From the IMG/VR virus record IMGVR_UViG_3300021420_000019, positions 1 to 64,000 of that record: DNA of 64,000 nt, one strand, 5' to 3'. The position numbers and the translations under genes were made by a program. The notes beneath the pieces are model-generated. The model had not been told where the DNA came from and made no database searches. It worked only from the letters and a program-made list of their open reading frames with translations. Source of the DNA: a virus. Shown in pieces: positions 10,809 through 20,559 of this stretch (positions are counted from its first letter, which is position 1; the number at the start of each line of letters is the position of its first letter).

Positions 10809-11060
10809 TCAATCTTGTCCGCTACCGCTTGCCCTTTCAGGATCAACAGCGAGAATTTTTCCCGCCTGGAATATCACATCGAATTCATAAGCTAAGTCTT
10901 GTGCTATCATTTCTTGAGAGTCTTCGCCTTCGTGGGCGGACAGGAATTTTTGAGCCGCGTCTTTGCTTCTTTGTGACGGCGCAATTCCATATTGGTAAGA
11001 CCGAGCGAGAGTAAAAATTTCATCTATTTTCATAACATCTCCTTCAATTGTCGTGGACAT
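10809..11060 (-). CDS. Small hypothetical protein abutting the TIR
   Basis: Stop at 10809-10811 directly adjoins the TIR; GAAGGAG RBS before the internal Met; promoter at 11080. Confidence 0.55.
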   Translation of the reverse strand: MSTTIEGDVMKIDEIFTLARSYQYGIAPSQRSKDAAQKFLSAHEGEDSQEMIAQDLAYEFDVIFQAGKILAVDPERASGSGQD

Positions 11061-11096
11061 CTATTGAATATCCTCACTATGTCAAGCACTATTTTT

Positions 11097-11750
11097 GGGA
11101 ATTATATAGTTAGCTCCCGCGCTGCCGCCTGAATACATGCTTCGCAGGTATAGCAACTCCCGAAGCGTCCGTCCACTTTCGCCCGTTCAAGAACCATTCG
11201 CGCTCCTTTTGGTTGAGTCATCGGCCCTTTGTGCATAACGCTCACACATTTGTGGGAATGCCGCGTTATTACCCAAACCATTGAGCGGCATTCAATCGTT
11301 TCATCCCCGCCACCATACAAGTACTCAAGTGCTTCTTTTTCAAATTCTACCAATGATTTGCTCATGATTTCCCTTTTCATGTGTTGATTTACACGCATCA
11401 AAGCAGTGGACAGGACCGCCGTTCACACTTTGCCATTTGTATGTTAGAAATCCACATTTTTGGCACCGTTTACGCTTTATAGGCGGACCCCACACTCCTT
11501 CTGGCTTGGCATTCGGCATATATTCAGCTCGCTCCTTCTTGGAAATCTCGGAACTGGTCCAGTGGGATTATTGCTATACTGAAATTGGCTCCGATATCGC
11601 GCATTTTCTGGTGCTTTAAGCATAAAACCTGCCCAGCAGTAGGAATATCTAAGCATCGGGTACTCTCTACGGCCAAACATCTGTCAGTAAGCGGATACGT
11701 TTCATTCATAAGTCGTTGATTCCTTTCAGGGAGTTATCTATATAATTCCC
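11097..11750 (-). mobile_element. Non-autonomous IS1595-derived cassette with three small ORFs (11102-11401, 11340-11519, 11524-11709)
   Basis: TIRs at 11097-11118 and 11729-11750; flanks CTATTTTT and TTTATTTT are an imperfect duplication. Confidence 0.75.
11102..11401 (-). CDS. Cassette cargo, Cys/His-rich small protein
   Basis: HKC...CYTCEAC; TAA stop lies inside the left TIR. Confidence 0.6.
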   Translation of the reverse strand: MMRVNQHMKREIMSKSLVEFEKEALEYLYGGGDETIECRSMVWVITRHSHKCVSVMHKGPMTQPKGARMVLERAKVDGRFGSCYTCEACIQAAARELTI

Positions 11751-11764
11751 TTTATTTTTGGAAA

Positions 11765-12052
11765 TTATCCGCTTGACTCTCTCGGTGTACCGCTCCCTAA
11801 ACAAAATGGACAACCATCCCGGTCATAGTGCGTCCGATCATCACAACGATCACCGAAGCAGCACTCGCCGCACCCGGCTGATCCGTCTGATCTTTCAAAT
11901 ATGCGTCCGGGTGTAGGTTTATCTGCTGCTGTTTTTCCGTGTGCGTGCCAGTAACATGAGACGCCAGGATGATAAACGTAGCATCGCCTACAAGGGTGTG
12001 GGAACTTGCAAAACGCGCTGCCTCTCTCGATACACGTACACGCTGTGGTCAT
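11765..12052 (-). CDS. Cys-rich hypothetical protein
   Basis: 95 aa; GAGGG RBS; own TTGACA-17-TATTAT promoter. Confidence 0.55.
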   Translation of the reverse strand: MTTACTCIERGSAFCKFPHPCRRCYVYHPGVSCYWHAHGKTAADKPTPGRIFERSDGSAGCGECCFGDRCDDRTHYDRDGCPFCLGSGTPRESSG

Positions 12053-12086
12053 TGTTTACCCTCTTTGTTTTCGTTTTCTCGCCGAG

Positions 12087-12115
12087 ATAATACAACGATA
12101 TACTCACGATGTCAA
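12087..12115 (-). promoter_or_regulatory. Sigma70-like phage promoter
   Basis: TTGACA (12110-12115), 17 nt, TATTAT (12087-12092). Confidence 0.7.
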
Positions 12116-12271
12116 GCACTATTTAAGGGAATTATATAGTTCACTCCCTTGATTTGGGCTTACCCTTAGCCGACACCGCTCGGTTATTCCTTCGTGCTCT
12201 ACGCTTTGCGGCCTTCGTCTTTATTTTAGGACGGTACGCGAGCACGACATCGGTAATCTGATCTAGGATTT

Positions 12272-13189
12272 TCACTGTGTTAGCCTCTCGAATGTCAAAC
12301 GCTTGCCCGCTACGGCGTCCACAAAACTGTCCAGACGCTCCGTTGTGTGCCGAGATACGTTGCCTTGATTCAGCCGGAAGGTGAACTCATTCACGTATCG
12401 GCCTATGTGCTTCTTATCGGCGTGGTGGTAAACGCCGTGCATCCCGCGCTTCATTACGGCCCAAACGGATTCAATCCCATTTGTGTGAACGTCGCCACGG
12501 ACATACTCGCCTGTGACGTGCTTCACTGAATCGTGCTGGAAGCCTTCCTTTGGAAGCGCGGTATAGCTGCCGTAATCATCGGACAGGATGCGCGTACCGG
12601 GCGCGACGTTCTCATGGATCGCGCCACGAAGGGCTAACCCGCCAGTGCTGGCTACGACCTTAGCAACTGTGTTCCCTCCGCGCTGACGCATCCCTACAAC
12701 GATAGTCTTTTCGGCGCGTTCCCTTGGCTTGTGGATACGGTCGTACATATGCCGATTGCTTTCATCGCCACCGAAGAACGTCTCGTCAACCTCTACGGTT
12801 CCTTGAAGCAACTCCAGTTTGGTCCCGCAAGCCTCACGGAGTCTGTGTAGGACGAACCAAGCGGATTTCTGAGTAATGCCTATCTCTTTGCCCAATTGCA
12901 GGCTAGAGATGCCTTTGCGGGCCGTTACAAGCAAGTACATGGCGTAGAGCCATTTATGCAAGGGAACATGCGAACGCTCAAAGATAGTCTTGGTCCGCAC
13001 TGTGAAGTCCAGTTTGCAGGCATTGCAACGATAGAAGCCGTCCTTGCGCGTCGTGATCCGCTCTTTAGACTTGCACTCGGGACAGGTGACGCCATTCGGC
13101 CAGAGACGGCCTTCCAGATATTTGCGGGCGGAAGGTTCATCCGGGAACAGTTCAAAGAGTTTGAAAGTGCTGATCGTTGACCGACTCAT
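12272..13189 (-). CDS. IS1595-family (ISXO2-like) DDE transposase
   Basis: N-terminal CPEC...CNAC zinc ribbon, HTH, VEVDETFFGG, SDD, HTNGIESVW, YVNEFTFR. Confidence 0.95.
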   Translation of the reverse strand: MSRSTISTFKLFELFPDEPSARKYLEGRLWPNGVTCPECKSKERITTRKDGFYRCNACKLDFTVRTKTIFERSHVPLHKWLYAMYLLVTARKGISSLQLGKEIGITQKSAWFVLHRLREACGTKLELLQGTVEVDETFFGGDESNRHMYDRIHKPRERAEKTIVVGMRQRGGNTVAKVVASTGGLALRGAIHENVAPGTRILSDDYGSYTALPKEGFQHDSVKHVTGEYVRGDVHTNGIESVWAVMKRGMHGVYHHADKKHIGRYVNEFTFRLNQGNVSRHTTERLDSFVDAVAGKRLTFERLTQ

Positions 13190-13488
13190 AACGCATCCCT
13201 ATCATGTAAACCCTTGTGGCCTTTTGGGAGCCTGCACTGATCTTCATACAAGGTTGCTTCGCAGCGAGTTGATTCAATAACAGCATCAAGAAATTTTTCG
13301 GCGATGGGTTCGCTGAGTTCCGACTCAGGCAGTTTATTTTTACTCAACCCCTCAACAAATAGGTCAAGCAAGTCCTGATGATATGGCTGCCACGCGACCC
13401 CCGTTTCGGGATGATGACCTAAACGCTTCTGGATTCTAAGCTCTTGTATTCGTTTTTTAGCAAATTCAATTGCTTCAGGGAGGGTCAT
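13186..13488 (-). CDS. IS passenger, hypothetical protein
   Basis: 100 aa; its stop overlaps the transposase start. Confidence 0.6.
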   Translation of the reverse strand: MTLPEAIEFAKKRIQELRIQKRLGHHPETGVAWQPYHQDLLDLFVEGLSKNKLPESELSEPIAEKFLDAVIESTRCEATLYEDQCRLPKGHKGLHDRDAL

Positions 13489-13775
13489 TATCGGCTCCCA
13501 AAACTTCGATTTTGATCTCGGATAATAGTAGAGCGTGTGAAACCTCGAAGCTGTCCGCGAAAAGCCACTGCATTTGTGCGGCTGTCTCCCACAACCCTGT
13601 CTACGAAGCTGTCTGGAATGCGGCTAGGCGATGTGAATCGGAACACATCACACACATTAGAAAATACCCGAGCCACAACAACAAAGGCTGCGGGGTCACT
13701 TTGGCTCATGTCTTGAATGAAGGCAAGTGCCTGTTGCGTGTTATTAAATTGCCGTGTCCTGAAAGGTCGCATCAT
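13488..13775 (-). CDS. IS passenger, hypothetical protein
   Basis: AGGAG RBS; first gene after the IS promoter. Confidence 0.55.
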   Translation of the reverse strand: MMRPFRTRQFNNTQQALAFIQDMSQSDPAAFVVVARVFSNVCDVFRFTSPSRIPDSFVDRVVGDSRTNAVAFRGQLRGFTRSTIIRDQNRSFGSR

Positions 13776-13813
13776 TTTCGTTTCTCCTGTAGTCAGTATC
13801 AACTTACAGGACC

Positions 13814-13842
13814 ATTATACATAACTCCCTCGCGGTAGTCAA
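13814..13842 (-). promoter_or_regulatory. IS internal promoter overlapping a TIR-like box
   Basis: TTGACT-17-TATAAT; 13816-13829 TATACATAACTCCC matches the TIR core at 13/14 positions. Confidence 0.75.
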
Positions 13843-13944
13843 GTACATTCTGCAATTCAGGCGAAGATTTTTAACGCAAACACGGCACTTAAAGTCGTTT
13901 GTTTACTTGCGGGAGTTATCTATATAATTCCCCTATTTAACGAA

Positions 13945-14685
13945 TTAAAATCCTACACTTGCCTTCTCAATTCGGTCTTTGGCGATTTGAAAATACTTTG
14001 TGTCTTGTTCGATGCCGATGAATTTGCGGTTAAGGTTGACACAGGCAACGCCAGTGGTACCGCTGCCCATACAGTTGTCAAGCACCGTGTCCCCCTCGTT
14101 TGTGTAGGTGCGGATCAGATACTCCATAAGCGCGACGGGCTTTTGTGTGGGGTGTAGTCCGATTTCTCGGTCAAATCGCAAAACCGTTTTAGGGAAACGT
14201 CTCCCCTCGCTTACTGTATCGGTTCTTTTATTGATATTTCCGTAGTTAGACCCCGTATCGTCTTTTCCAGTGCGTTTGTTTTTATATGGCTTACCTTCAA
14301 CCATCTGCGGGTTATATGTAGAGGCCTTATCATAAAAAACGAGAATATTTTCGTGTATCTTCAAAGGCATCCTATTGGCATTCAGGAAGTTGGACGCCAC
14401 GTTCTTCTCCCAAATCCACTCGTATTTAAGAAGATTAAGTTGGGAAGACCCGAGCACTTTATCGAAGGGCGTTTGCGCCGTGAAAACCATCGCCCCCTTG
14501 CATATACCCTCTTGTTGCTTCATAAGGCGAAAGTATTGCGTCCATAGGAGCGGAAGAGAGATGCAGGAATCCCACTTATTTTGGGTCGTGCCGTAAGGCA
14601 AATCAACTAAGACCATATCTACAAACTCCGCAGGAATTTGTTTCATCACTTCTAAACAGTCGCCCTCAAACAGTTGAACGCTCAT
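13945..14685 (-). CDS. DNA N6-adenine/N4-cytosine methyltransferase (beta class)
   Basis: DLPY, HPTQKP, VLDNCMGSGTTG motifs. Confidence 0.93.
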   Translation of the reverse strand: MSVQLFEGDCLEVMKQIPAEFVDMVLVDLPYGTTQNKWDSCISLPLLWTQYFRLMKQQEGICKGAMVFTAQTPFDKVLGSSQLNLLKYEWIWEKNVASNFLNANRMPLKIHENILVFYDKASTYNPQMVEGKPYKNKRTGKDDTGSNYGNINKRTDTVSEGRRFPKTVLRFDREIGLHPTQKPVALMEYLIRTYTNEGDTVLDNCMGSGTTGVACVNLNRKFIGIEQDTKYFQIAKDRIEKASVGF

Positions 14686-14735
14686 GAGACTACCTCCTCT
14701 TCAGGTATAATTGATTACATATACCTTGAAAGATG

Positions 14736-15650
14736 TCAAGTTTTATTTTTCGCTGTAAACCCAAGGGTGAATCCCTCGACCGACTGTCCGACCTTCGATG
14801 CCTTGAACTCGTTCTTGGCGTTGCCCTTAAGACGCCGAAGGGTAGCGTCATAATCCAAATCAAAACAGACCAGAGAGACCACAAGCTCACGGATATGCGC
14901 CAGTCCGAGGCCATCGGTATCTGCGGCCATCTTTTGAATTGTAGATTCCGGCAGCAGGTCCTTTACCGTGTGCCTGATATACTTGATCCTCGCTTCAGCG
15001 ATAGGCGGATTCAGTCCGACAACTAGATCGAACCGGCCCGGGCGGCGTAGTAAACGGTCCTCTAAAACGTCCGGTTTGTTGGTCGTGGCCAAGTGGATGA
15101 TGTTGTCTAACTGTTTTTCGCCATCTAGGAACGACAGCACGTCCGATGCGGTAGCTTCGTCGTGCATCATCCCCTCGATATCCTCAAATATCGTCATCAG
15201 CGGTCTCTTGGGCTCGATCTCGCGGAGCTTTAAAAGTAACTCTTGAGCGTGTCGGATGTTTGTGATAGACACCACGACCCCGTCTCGTGCGATCACCTCG
15301 TCGCACAGTAGCCGGATGATGCTAGTCTTCCCGCACCCAGACGGACCATACAGTAAGACCCCGCGCTTATACAGCAGCCCGATCTTATCGAAAATTTCTT
15401 TCTTATTCCAGAAGTCCTTCATCTGCCCGACGATGTATTCGGTCGGGGTTCCCGGTATATGTATCAAATCGTCTGCGGGGAAGGCTATCTCGACCGCAAA
15501 TTTTTGATCCTCATTGTCGGCCTTTATCTCGTACACTCCGCCGAGAAGTTTCTCGTGAGTCGCATTTATCGGATAAAATCTTCCCCCGCGCTTCGACCAG
15601 TGCGAGAAGTTTTTATCAATATTCAGGTACTCCCAGTCTCTCTCAGACAT
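14736..15650 (-). CDS. AAA+ ATPase
   Basis: GPSGCGKT, IFEDIE, TTN, RRPGRFD. Confidence 0.9.
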   Translation of the reverse strand: MSERDWEYLNIDKNFSHWSKRGGRFYPINATHEKLLGGVYEIKADNEDQKFAVEIAFPADDLIHIPGTPTEYIVGQMKDFWNKKEIFDKIGLLYKRGVLLYGPSGCGKTSIIRLLCDEVIARDGVVVSITNIRHAQELLLKLREIEPKRPLMTIFEDIEGMMHDEATASDVLSFLDGEKQLDNIIHLATTNKPDVLEDRLLRRPGRFDLVVGLNPPIAEARIKYIRHTVKDLLPESTIQKMAADTDGLGLAHIRELVVSLVCFDLDYDATLRRLKGNAKNEFKASKVGQSVEGFTLGFTAKNKT

Positions 15651-15845
15651 ATCTAACCTCCCGAATAATTCTTCTTACATTCAGATACAGACCGAGATAC
15701 CAGATTTCAAAATCGATTCGAGCACGGTGAAACTCGTAGACCATCGGATTGACCAGCTTGCCGTCATGACCGTGGATATCTGTGCAAACCCACCGCTTCT
15801 CTTTTAGGTCTCTCAGATCGGCGTTCACGATAAATTCGAAAAAGT

Positions 15846-16208
15846 TCACTTTGCTTTCCTTTCGGCCTCGGCGTGAAGGGCGGCGAGACGCTTGACTGCC
15901 CAATCGATCCACATTCCCGGTACGACGGTATCATTGGATTTCTGATACCAGACCTCCGCTTCCTCTGCCCTCGCCTTGGCCAGCAACTTGTCGAGCGCGT
16001 GGGCAATTTCAGGAATGATGGACTTGCCGGATGATATTTCTTGCAGAATCAAATCCCGCTCGTTCGCACGCTCAAGCGCCTTCTCGGCTTCAAGCGTGTC
16101 GATCTCATCCAGGAGCTCCCTTTCTCTACCATACGTAACCCTGCAATCCCTGATCCGTTGGCGATCTTCCTTCGTCAACCTAGGCAGTGGTTCTTGCTTG
16201 ACTCTCAT
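15846..16208 (-). CDS. Hypothetical protein
   Basis: 120 aa with GGAGG RBS in an overlapping operon. Confidence 0.55.
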   Translation of the reverse strand: MRVKQEPLPRLTKEDRQRIRDCRVTYGRERELLDEIDTLEAEKALERANERDLILQEISSGKSIIPEIAHALDKLLAKARAEEAEVWYQKSNDTVVPGMWIDWAVKRLAALHAEAERKAK

Positions 16209-16373
16209 TCGACTCCTCCCTTCTCCGGCTCGTGGGCGTCAGCTTGGGGGATGAGGGCGAGGATAAAATCTACCACCTCATATGTTTCCTCAGACTCTCC
16301 AAACTTTTTCCCGTACCTGTCAGCCGCCTCTCTCAGCGCCGCCGCACGCTCAAGCTCCTTCTCGGATTCGAGT

Positions 16374-16853
16374 TCAAGAATTCGCTGCTTTAGCTTGTCG
16401 TTTTCTGTCATATCGCTCATTGGATTCCATCCTGTTACACGTTCGACATTTACGCTGTCCACTCGTTGATACAAGCTGCGTGTTTCCTTCTGTGAATTCA
16501 TGGCCTCGCTTGCAGTGTGTCTTTCGTGCATTCTCGGCACTCAATCCAACTCCACGGAGAATATTCTCCCGGTTCGTTACAGGCTCAACGTGCTTTGGAT
16601 TCCAACACGCCCGAACGCGGCACAGATGATCCAACTGCTTTCCTGGCGGAATTATGCCGCCATAGGCCTCATAGGCCACACGATGAACCTGCTGCGGCTT
16701 TGAATTAACACATATTCTCCCGTAGCCCTTTGTTGATTTTGGCCCGATCCAGACGTGGCAATCACCGACCAAACCGGGAACAGGACATGTCACGAAGATG
16801 GTCTTTTCGAGTAGCCGATCAACTATCGTCTTATTCTTCCCAACTCCGGTCAT
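16374..16853 (-). CDS. HNH endonuclease with C-terminal zinc finger
   Basis: CHVWIG, HRVAY, LDHLCRVRACWNPKH, THCKRGH...CRTC. Confidence 0.9.
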   Translation of the reverse strand: MTGVGKNKTIVDRLLEKTIFVTCPVPGLVGDCHVWIGPKSTKGYGRICVNSKPQQVHRVAYEAYGGIIPPGKQLDHLCRVRACWNPKHVEPVTNRENILRGVGLSAENARKTHCKRGHEFTEGNTQLVSTSGQRKCRTCNRMESNERYDRKRQAKAANS

Positions 16854-16964
16854 CGACTCCTCCCTTCTTCGGCTCATCTTTCTGACGATCTATAAGAAAT
16901 TTAAGTAAATGGACGCCGGGAATTAGTGACCAACACAGAACAAATACGACCCAATCGAGTGTGC

Positions 16965-17549
16965 TCATTCCCGCTCCTTCGTATCTTCATCGAGCGCGGC
17001 CAGTAGTTCGTCAACTAGTTCGTAAGTATCAGGATCGTGAATCTGCCCACCATGGTCTGCATCATCAGTACAGCAATCCAACTTTAGCTGTTCAAGTCGC
17101 ACCTTCGCCCGCTCGATGCGGGCCTGTAAGTCGGTAACTTGAGCGCGATACGCCTTCGTGAGCATATCCACTTGGGCTGAAACTAGCAGTTCATATTCCT
17201 TCCCGGTTTGGTAGCTCATGTGTACGTTGGCGATTTCTTCTTCTTTCGTCGCTTCCAGCACCCGAATTCGCTCTTCTCTTTCCTCAAGCCACGCTTTCAT
17301 GCACTCGATCGCCCCGGCCAGCGTTTCGGGAATAATGCCGAAATGCAACGTATCTTCGATGGCGTCAACCCATTCGCCGTCGCGTTGACGAATCCGCTCC
17401 TCCCGGTCGGCCAGTATTTCGTCTACCTCAGATTGCGAGTAGACGCGCTCAGGCTCAATCTCAGGCCCTTTCTTATCGTGGCACTTACAGGAGCAAGTCC
17501 ACGGCGCTTTGGCTCTCATATGTTCAATATAGCAAGTACAGTTGCTCAT
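16965..17549 (-). CDS. Hypothetical coiled-coil protein
   Basis: 194 aa; GGAGG RBS. Confidence 0.6.
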   Translation of the reverse strand: MSNCTCYIEHMRAKAPWTCSCKCHDKKGPEIEPERVYSQSEVDEILADREERIRQRDGEWVDAIEDTLHFGIIPETLAGAIECMKAWLEEREERIRVLEATKEEEIANVHMSYQTGKEYELLVSAQVDMLTKAYRAQVTDLQARIERAKVRLEQLKLDCCTDDADHGGQIHDPDTYELVDELLAALDEDTKERE

Positions 17550-17560
17550 AGTTCCTCCTA

Positions 17561-17583
17561 AAGAACGCCCGATTTCCCGGGCG
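17561..17583 (-). terminator. Probable intrinsic terminator
   Basis: CGCCCG-loop-CGGGCG followed by TTCTTT on the - strand. Confidence 0.45.
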
Positions 17584-17596
17584 CTCGAACGAAGAA

Positions 17597-18139
17597 CTAG
17601 TTCCCTAAGCGCAGGGTCTTGAAGAACTCATTTGCGTCTTGCTCTGTCGCGTGCAATGACCTGTCGAACACGACGACCCCGATATACGCACGGTAGCCGT
17701 AAGTTGAGACGATCAAGTACGATTCCTGGTTATCGCTCACAGCGTGCGCCTCGCGTGCGAAGATACTGTTAAAGGTCGAGTTCTCTCGGCTGCCCGGGAC
17801 GAGCACCATATTCATAGCTGATATCCCCCCGTCTACAGCGTGATCTAGTGTCGCGACATCGGTTCCGCGAACTGTCGAGTAATCGAAATATGCGATAACG
17901 AAGTCTGCCTTGCCGTCTTTCGTGACAGATTCGAAGGTGTGCTGTTTATACGATGCGTGATCTTCTGTGACGGTCTTGCCGTCTTGGATTGTCGCCGCTA
18001 CCGTGCCGCTGTCTGGCGTAGGAAAGGTGGCCGCGATAACGGAGTTAATCGGGGTGGTCAAAGGATAATCCTGAGTTGCCAAAACGGGAAGCACGAACAT
18101 TAGAACGGACATCACTGATACAACGATTTTATTTTTCAT
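17597..18139 (-). CDS. Exported protein of unknown function
   Basis: Signal peptide MKNKIVVSVMSVLMFVLPVLA. Confidence 0.7.
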   Translation of the reverse strand: MKNKIVVSVMSVLMFVLPVLATQDYPLTTPINSVIAATFPTPDSGTVAATIQDGKTVTEDHASYKQHTFESVTKDGKADFVIAYFDYSTVRGTDVATLDHAVDGGISAMNMVLVPGSRENSTFNSIFAREAHAVSDNQESYLIVSTYGYRAYIGVVVFDRSLHATEQDANEFFKTLRLGN

Positions 18140-18182
18140 AGTTTCTCCTAAGTTTGATTTTAATCTCTATTGCCAAAAATTA

Positions 18183-18764
18183 TTACTTACCGTCCGCCAA
18201 TCTGAGAATCTTCACAGTGTATAACCCGTCACATGATTGGCAACCCGTACCAGTCCCTTGATAGTGAAGGATTCCGTCCTCTCTGCCGTACGCTTTGATA
18301 TACCCGGCTAGAATCTTTGTACCTGTTTCAACATTTTCTTTCTCGTTGAACAAGTTCACCTTGTTCTGGAAATCGTACGTCGATTTGTGAACTGAAGCCA
18401 TAACCTGCATCAATCCGACCGCACCACGGCTAGATGTCGCGTACGGATTACAATCGGACTCCACTGATACTATCGCCGCCACGAGATTTGGCTCCTGGCC
18501 CTCGTTAACTGAAACTTCAGCGACCATCCGGCCTAGCTCTGGGGTCGCGTCCTTGCAGCCCGCGCCAGCTCGACCGAATACCTTGGCGACATCCCACATC
18601 GCCATACTAATCTTCTGTTCTCTCTTATCGGGCTCCGCGATCTTGATTACCTGAACAGGCGGAGGAACCGTATTGACCTTATATGGCTTAAGCGCGAAAA
18701 ACAGCACCGTGATTATGACAGCCGTGATCGACAAATTTATTCGTACCGCTTTTGGAATGTTCAT
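18183..18764 (-). CDS. Membrane-anchored lytic transglycosylase (SLT domain)
   Basis: AIVSVES, GAVGLMQV, N..GT.IL motifs; N-terminal transmembrane segment. Confidence 0.9.
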   Translation of the reverse strand: MNIPKAVRINLSITAVIITVLFFALKPYKVNTVPPPVQVIKIAEPDKREQKISMAMWDVAKVFGRAGAGCKDATPELGRMVAEVSVNEGQEPNLVAAIVSVESDCNPYATSSRGAVGLMQVMASVHKSTYDFQNKVNLFNEKENVETGTKILAGYIKAYGREDGILHYQGTGTGCQSCDGLYTVKILRLADGK

Positions 18765-18781
18765 GGAACCTCCTTAAGTAT

Positions 18782-19059
18782 GAGAATTATATAGTTACTT
18801 CCCGTACTGCTTTTCAAAGACTTGCAAATAATTTTGCACTGCATAATTCAATCGTGCCTGCTCTTGTCTAAGTCGTTTGATTTCTTGTATCAGAAGTTGT
18901 TGAATCACCCACTGCGTATCGTTAGAGCCCCATTGCCCCTGACCGTAACCAACCAATTCCGCAATTTCTTGCCTCGCCGCACTCGCGTTGAAAACTTCTT
19001 TGACCTTTTTCATTTCTTATCTCCTTTGTTTACTTATGGAAGTTAACTATATAATTCCT
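18782..19059 (-). mobile_element. 278-bp non-autonomous IS1595-derived single-gene cassette
   Basis: TIRs at 18782-18803 and 19038-19059; perfect duplication TTAAGTAT (18774-18781 and 19060-19067). Confidence 0.9.
18795..19013 (-). CDS. Cassette cargo, 72 aa helical protein
   Basis: AAAGGAG RBS; TAA stop inside the left TIR. Confidence 0.7.
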   Translation of the reverse strand: MKKVKEVFNASAARQEIAELVGYGQGQWGSNDTQWVIQQLLIQEIKRLRQEQARLNYAVQNYLQVFEKQYGK

Positions 19060-19065
19060 TTAAGT

Positions 19066-19094
19066 ATGGTCTCAGATCGAGTTCAGTTTGTCAA
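19066..19094 (-). promoter_or_regulatory. Sigma70-like phage promoter reading into the cassette and SLT gene
   Basis: TTGACA at 19089-19094, 17 nt, TGA-GACCAT. Confidence 0.55.
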
Positions 19095-19457
19095 GCTAAT
19101 TTTCCACTTACTTTTAACATTATCGCGTAGACCACGCCCATCACGGGCCAGACTAGCTCTCCGTAAATATCTCGTGTAAACCACCCGAGTAGAGAGAATA
19201 AGGAGAACGGGAACGCGGACAAGAACAGCCCGACGATATAATATTCGAGTACCTTCAGTACCTTGTTCATTAGTCTCCCTTCGGGTAGTCCCTGCACATG
19301 CACCGCTTAATCGCGAGTTCGAGTAAGTACGCTAAATGTTCAATTGCTTCCTCGGCCCGCTCTGGCGCGATAACGTGAGCGCAGGCTGCAACCAAAATCT
19401 CTGGTTTAGCGGCCAGTGCTCTAGCGGTCTGTATCGCAACTTTCTTTGGGCTCTCCG

Positions 19458-19784
19458 TCACTCGCCCTGCCAACGGCCAAGTATATCGCGAAAATCTAAC
19501 GGCAAAAACCACTCACCATCGATCAGAAAACCTGCGGTTTCGCGCTGCTCTCTTAAAGTCGCGTTAGTCGATTGATGGCTGATGATATCGCCCTCCTCGA
19601 CCTCGGAGTAGATCAGCATGCCCTCAAACGGGCGTGCAGCGCCTACCGCGACGACCTTGAACTTGTAAGGCTCCTCTGGCTTCAGCTTATCGGTCTTCCC
19701 TCCGAAACCCACCGCCGCCTTGTCTGACGGGATATCATCGACTGGGATGACGAACACGTAACCGCGTGCAGGATGTAATTTCAT
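19458..19784 (-). CDS. Divergent GroES-like co-chaperonin
   Basis: MKLHP..GYVFV, KVVAVG, EVEEGD, DILG; GGAGG RBS before 19784. Confidence 0.65.
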   Translation of the reverse strand: MKLHPARGYVFVIPVDDIPSDKAAVGFGGKTDKLKPEEPYKFKVVAVGAARPFEGMLIYSEVEEGDIISHQSTNATLREQRETAGFLIDGEWFLPLDFRDILGRWQGE

Positions 19785-20075
19785 TTTGCCTCCTAAGCAA
19801 AGACTGGCTCTGGTTCGGGTTCCGGCACCGGCTCTTGAACAGGTTCGGAGTTCGGTATCTCTTCCTCGAACGGCCACTTAAAACAGTTAAACATTATATC
19901 CTCCCAATTGGTCGCACGTCTTCAAATCGTTTGCGAGCTTCTTTCTTGCTCTTATAGATATTCAACGCTAGAATCAGAGGCTCACCGGGCTGCACATAAT
20001 CATCGCAAGTGTTTTCCCAATACGGTTTGTCATCTGTATACCCAACCCACCCGAGTATTTTCTTCTTCTTTGCCA

Positions 20076-20456
20076 TCATGATCTCCTATCTCTTTTAGTT
20101 CGTTCCGCTCTCTGATAGCCCTCTTGCGCCTTTAGCCTAAGATTATAACTGGCGTACCAGTCTATATCACAACAGCCACGCTTAGCAAATACCTGCTGAA
20201 GTCGTGCGGTCATTAAGTGATCGATCCTTCCGTCTAAGCCGGTAATCACTAGCGCCTCGGCCTTCTCGCGGAAGCCGTCCTGGACGGTCTTCAAGATCAG
20301 TTTCTGCTCGATGGTACGATCCGCTTCTGGAATCAGCATTACAGAGGGCACATCGTAGCACTCTTTCGGTTGCTTGCAGACCTCGCAGCGTTCGTTAGAT
20401 ACTACCGCCGAGTCCGGCCAGCCCTTCTTCTCTCGACAATCTTTACAGAAGTTCAT
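20076..20456 (-). CDS. Zinc-finger-containing hypothetical protein
   Basis: CKDC...CEVC; downstream of a promoter and a 12-bp hairpin. Confidence 0.6.
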   Translation of the reverse strand: MNFCKDCREKKGWPDSAVVSNERCEVCKQPKECYDVPSVMLIPEADRTIEQKLILKTVQDGFREKAEALVITGLDGRIDHLMTARLQQVFAKRGCCDIDWYASYNLRLKAQEGYQRAERTKRDRRS

Positions 20457-20519
20457 AATTAACCTTTCCTAGGTAGGGGCTAGATTTTATCCCCTACCTA
20501 GGCCTATCTGCGGGATTAA

Positions 20520-20548
20520 AGATTCTCATACTTTCGGTTCTTTGTCAA
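20520..20548 (-). promoter_or_regulatory. Sigma70-like phage promoter
   Basis: TTGACA at 20543-20548, 17 nt, TGA-GAATCT. Confidence 0.6.
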
Positions 20549-20559
20549 GATAAATCTTT

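Larger units (their letters stand above)
12127..13932 (-). mobile_element. Autonomous IS1595-family element with passenger genes
   Basis: 22-bp TIRs at 12127-12148 and 13911-13932; perfect 8-bp target duplication CTATTTAA (12119-12126 and 13933-13940); intact transposase. Confidence 0.95.
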
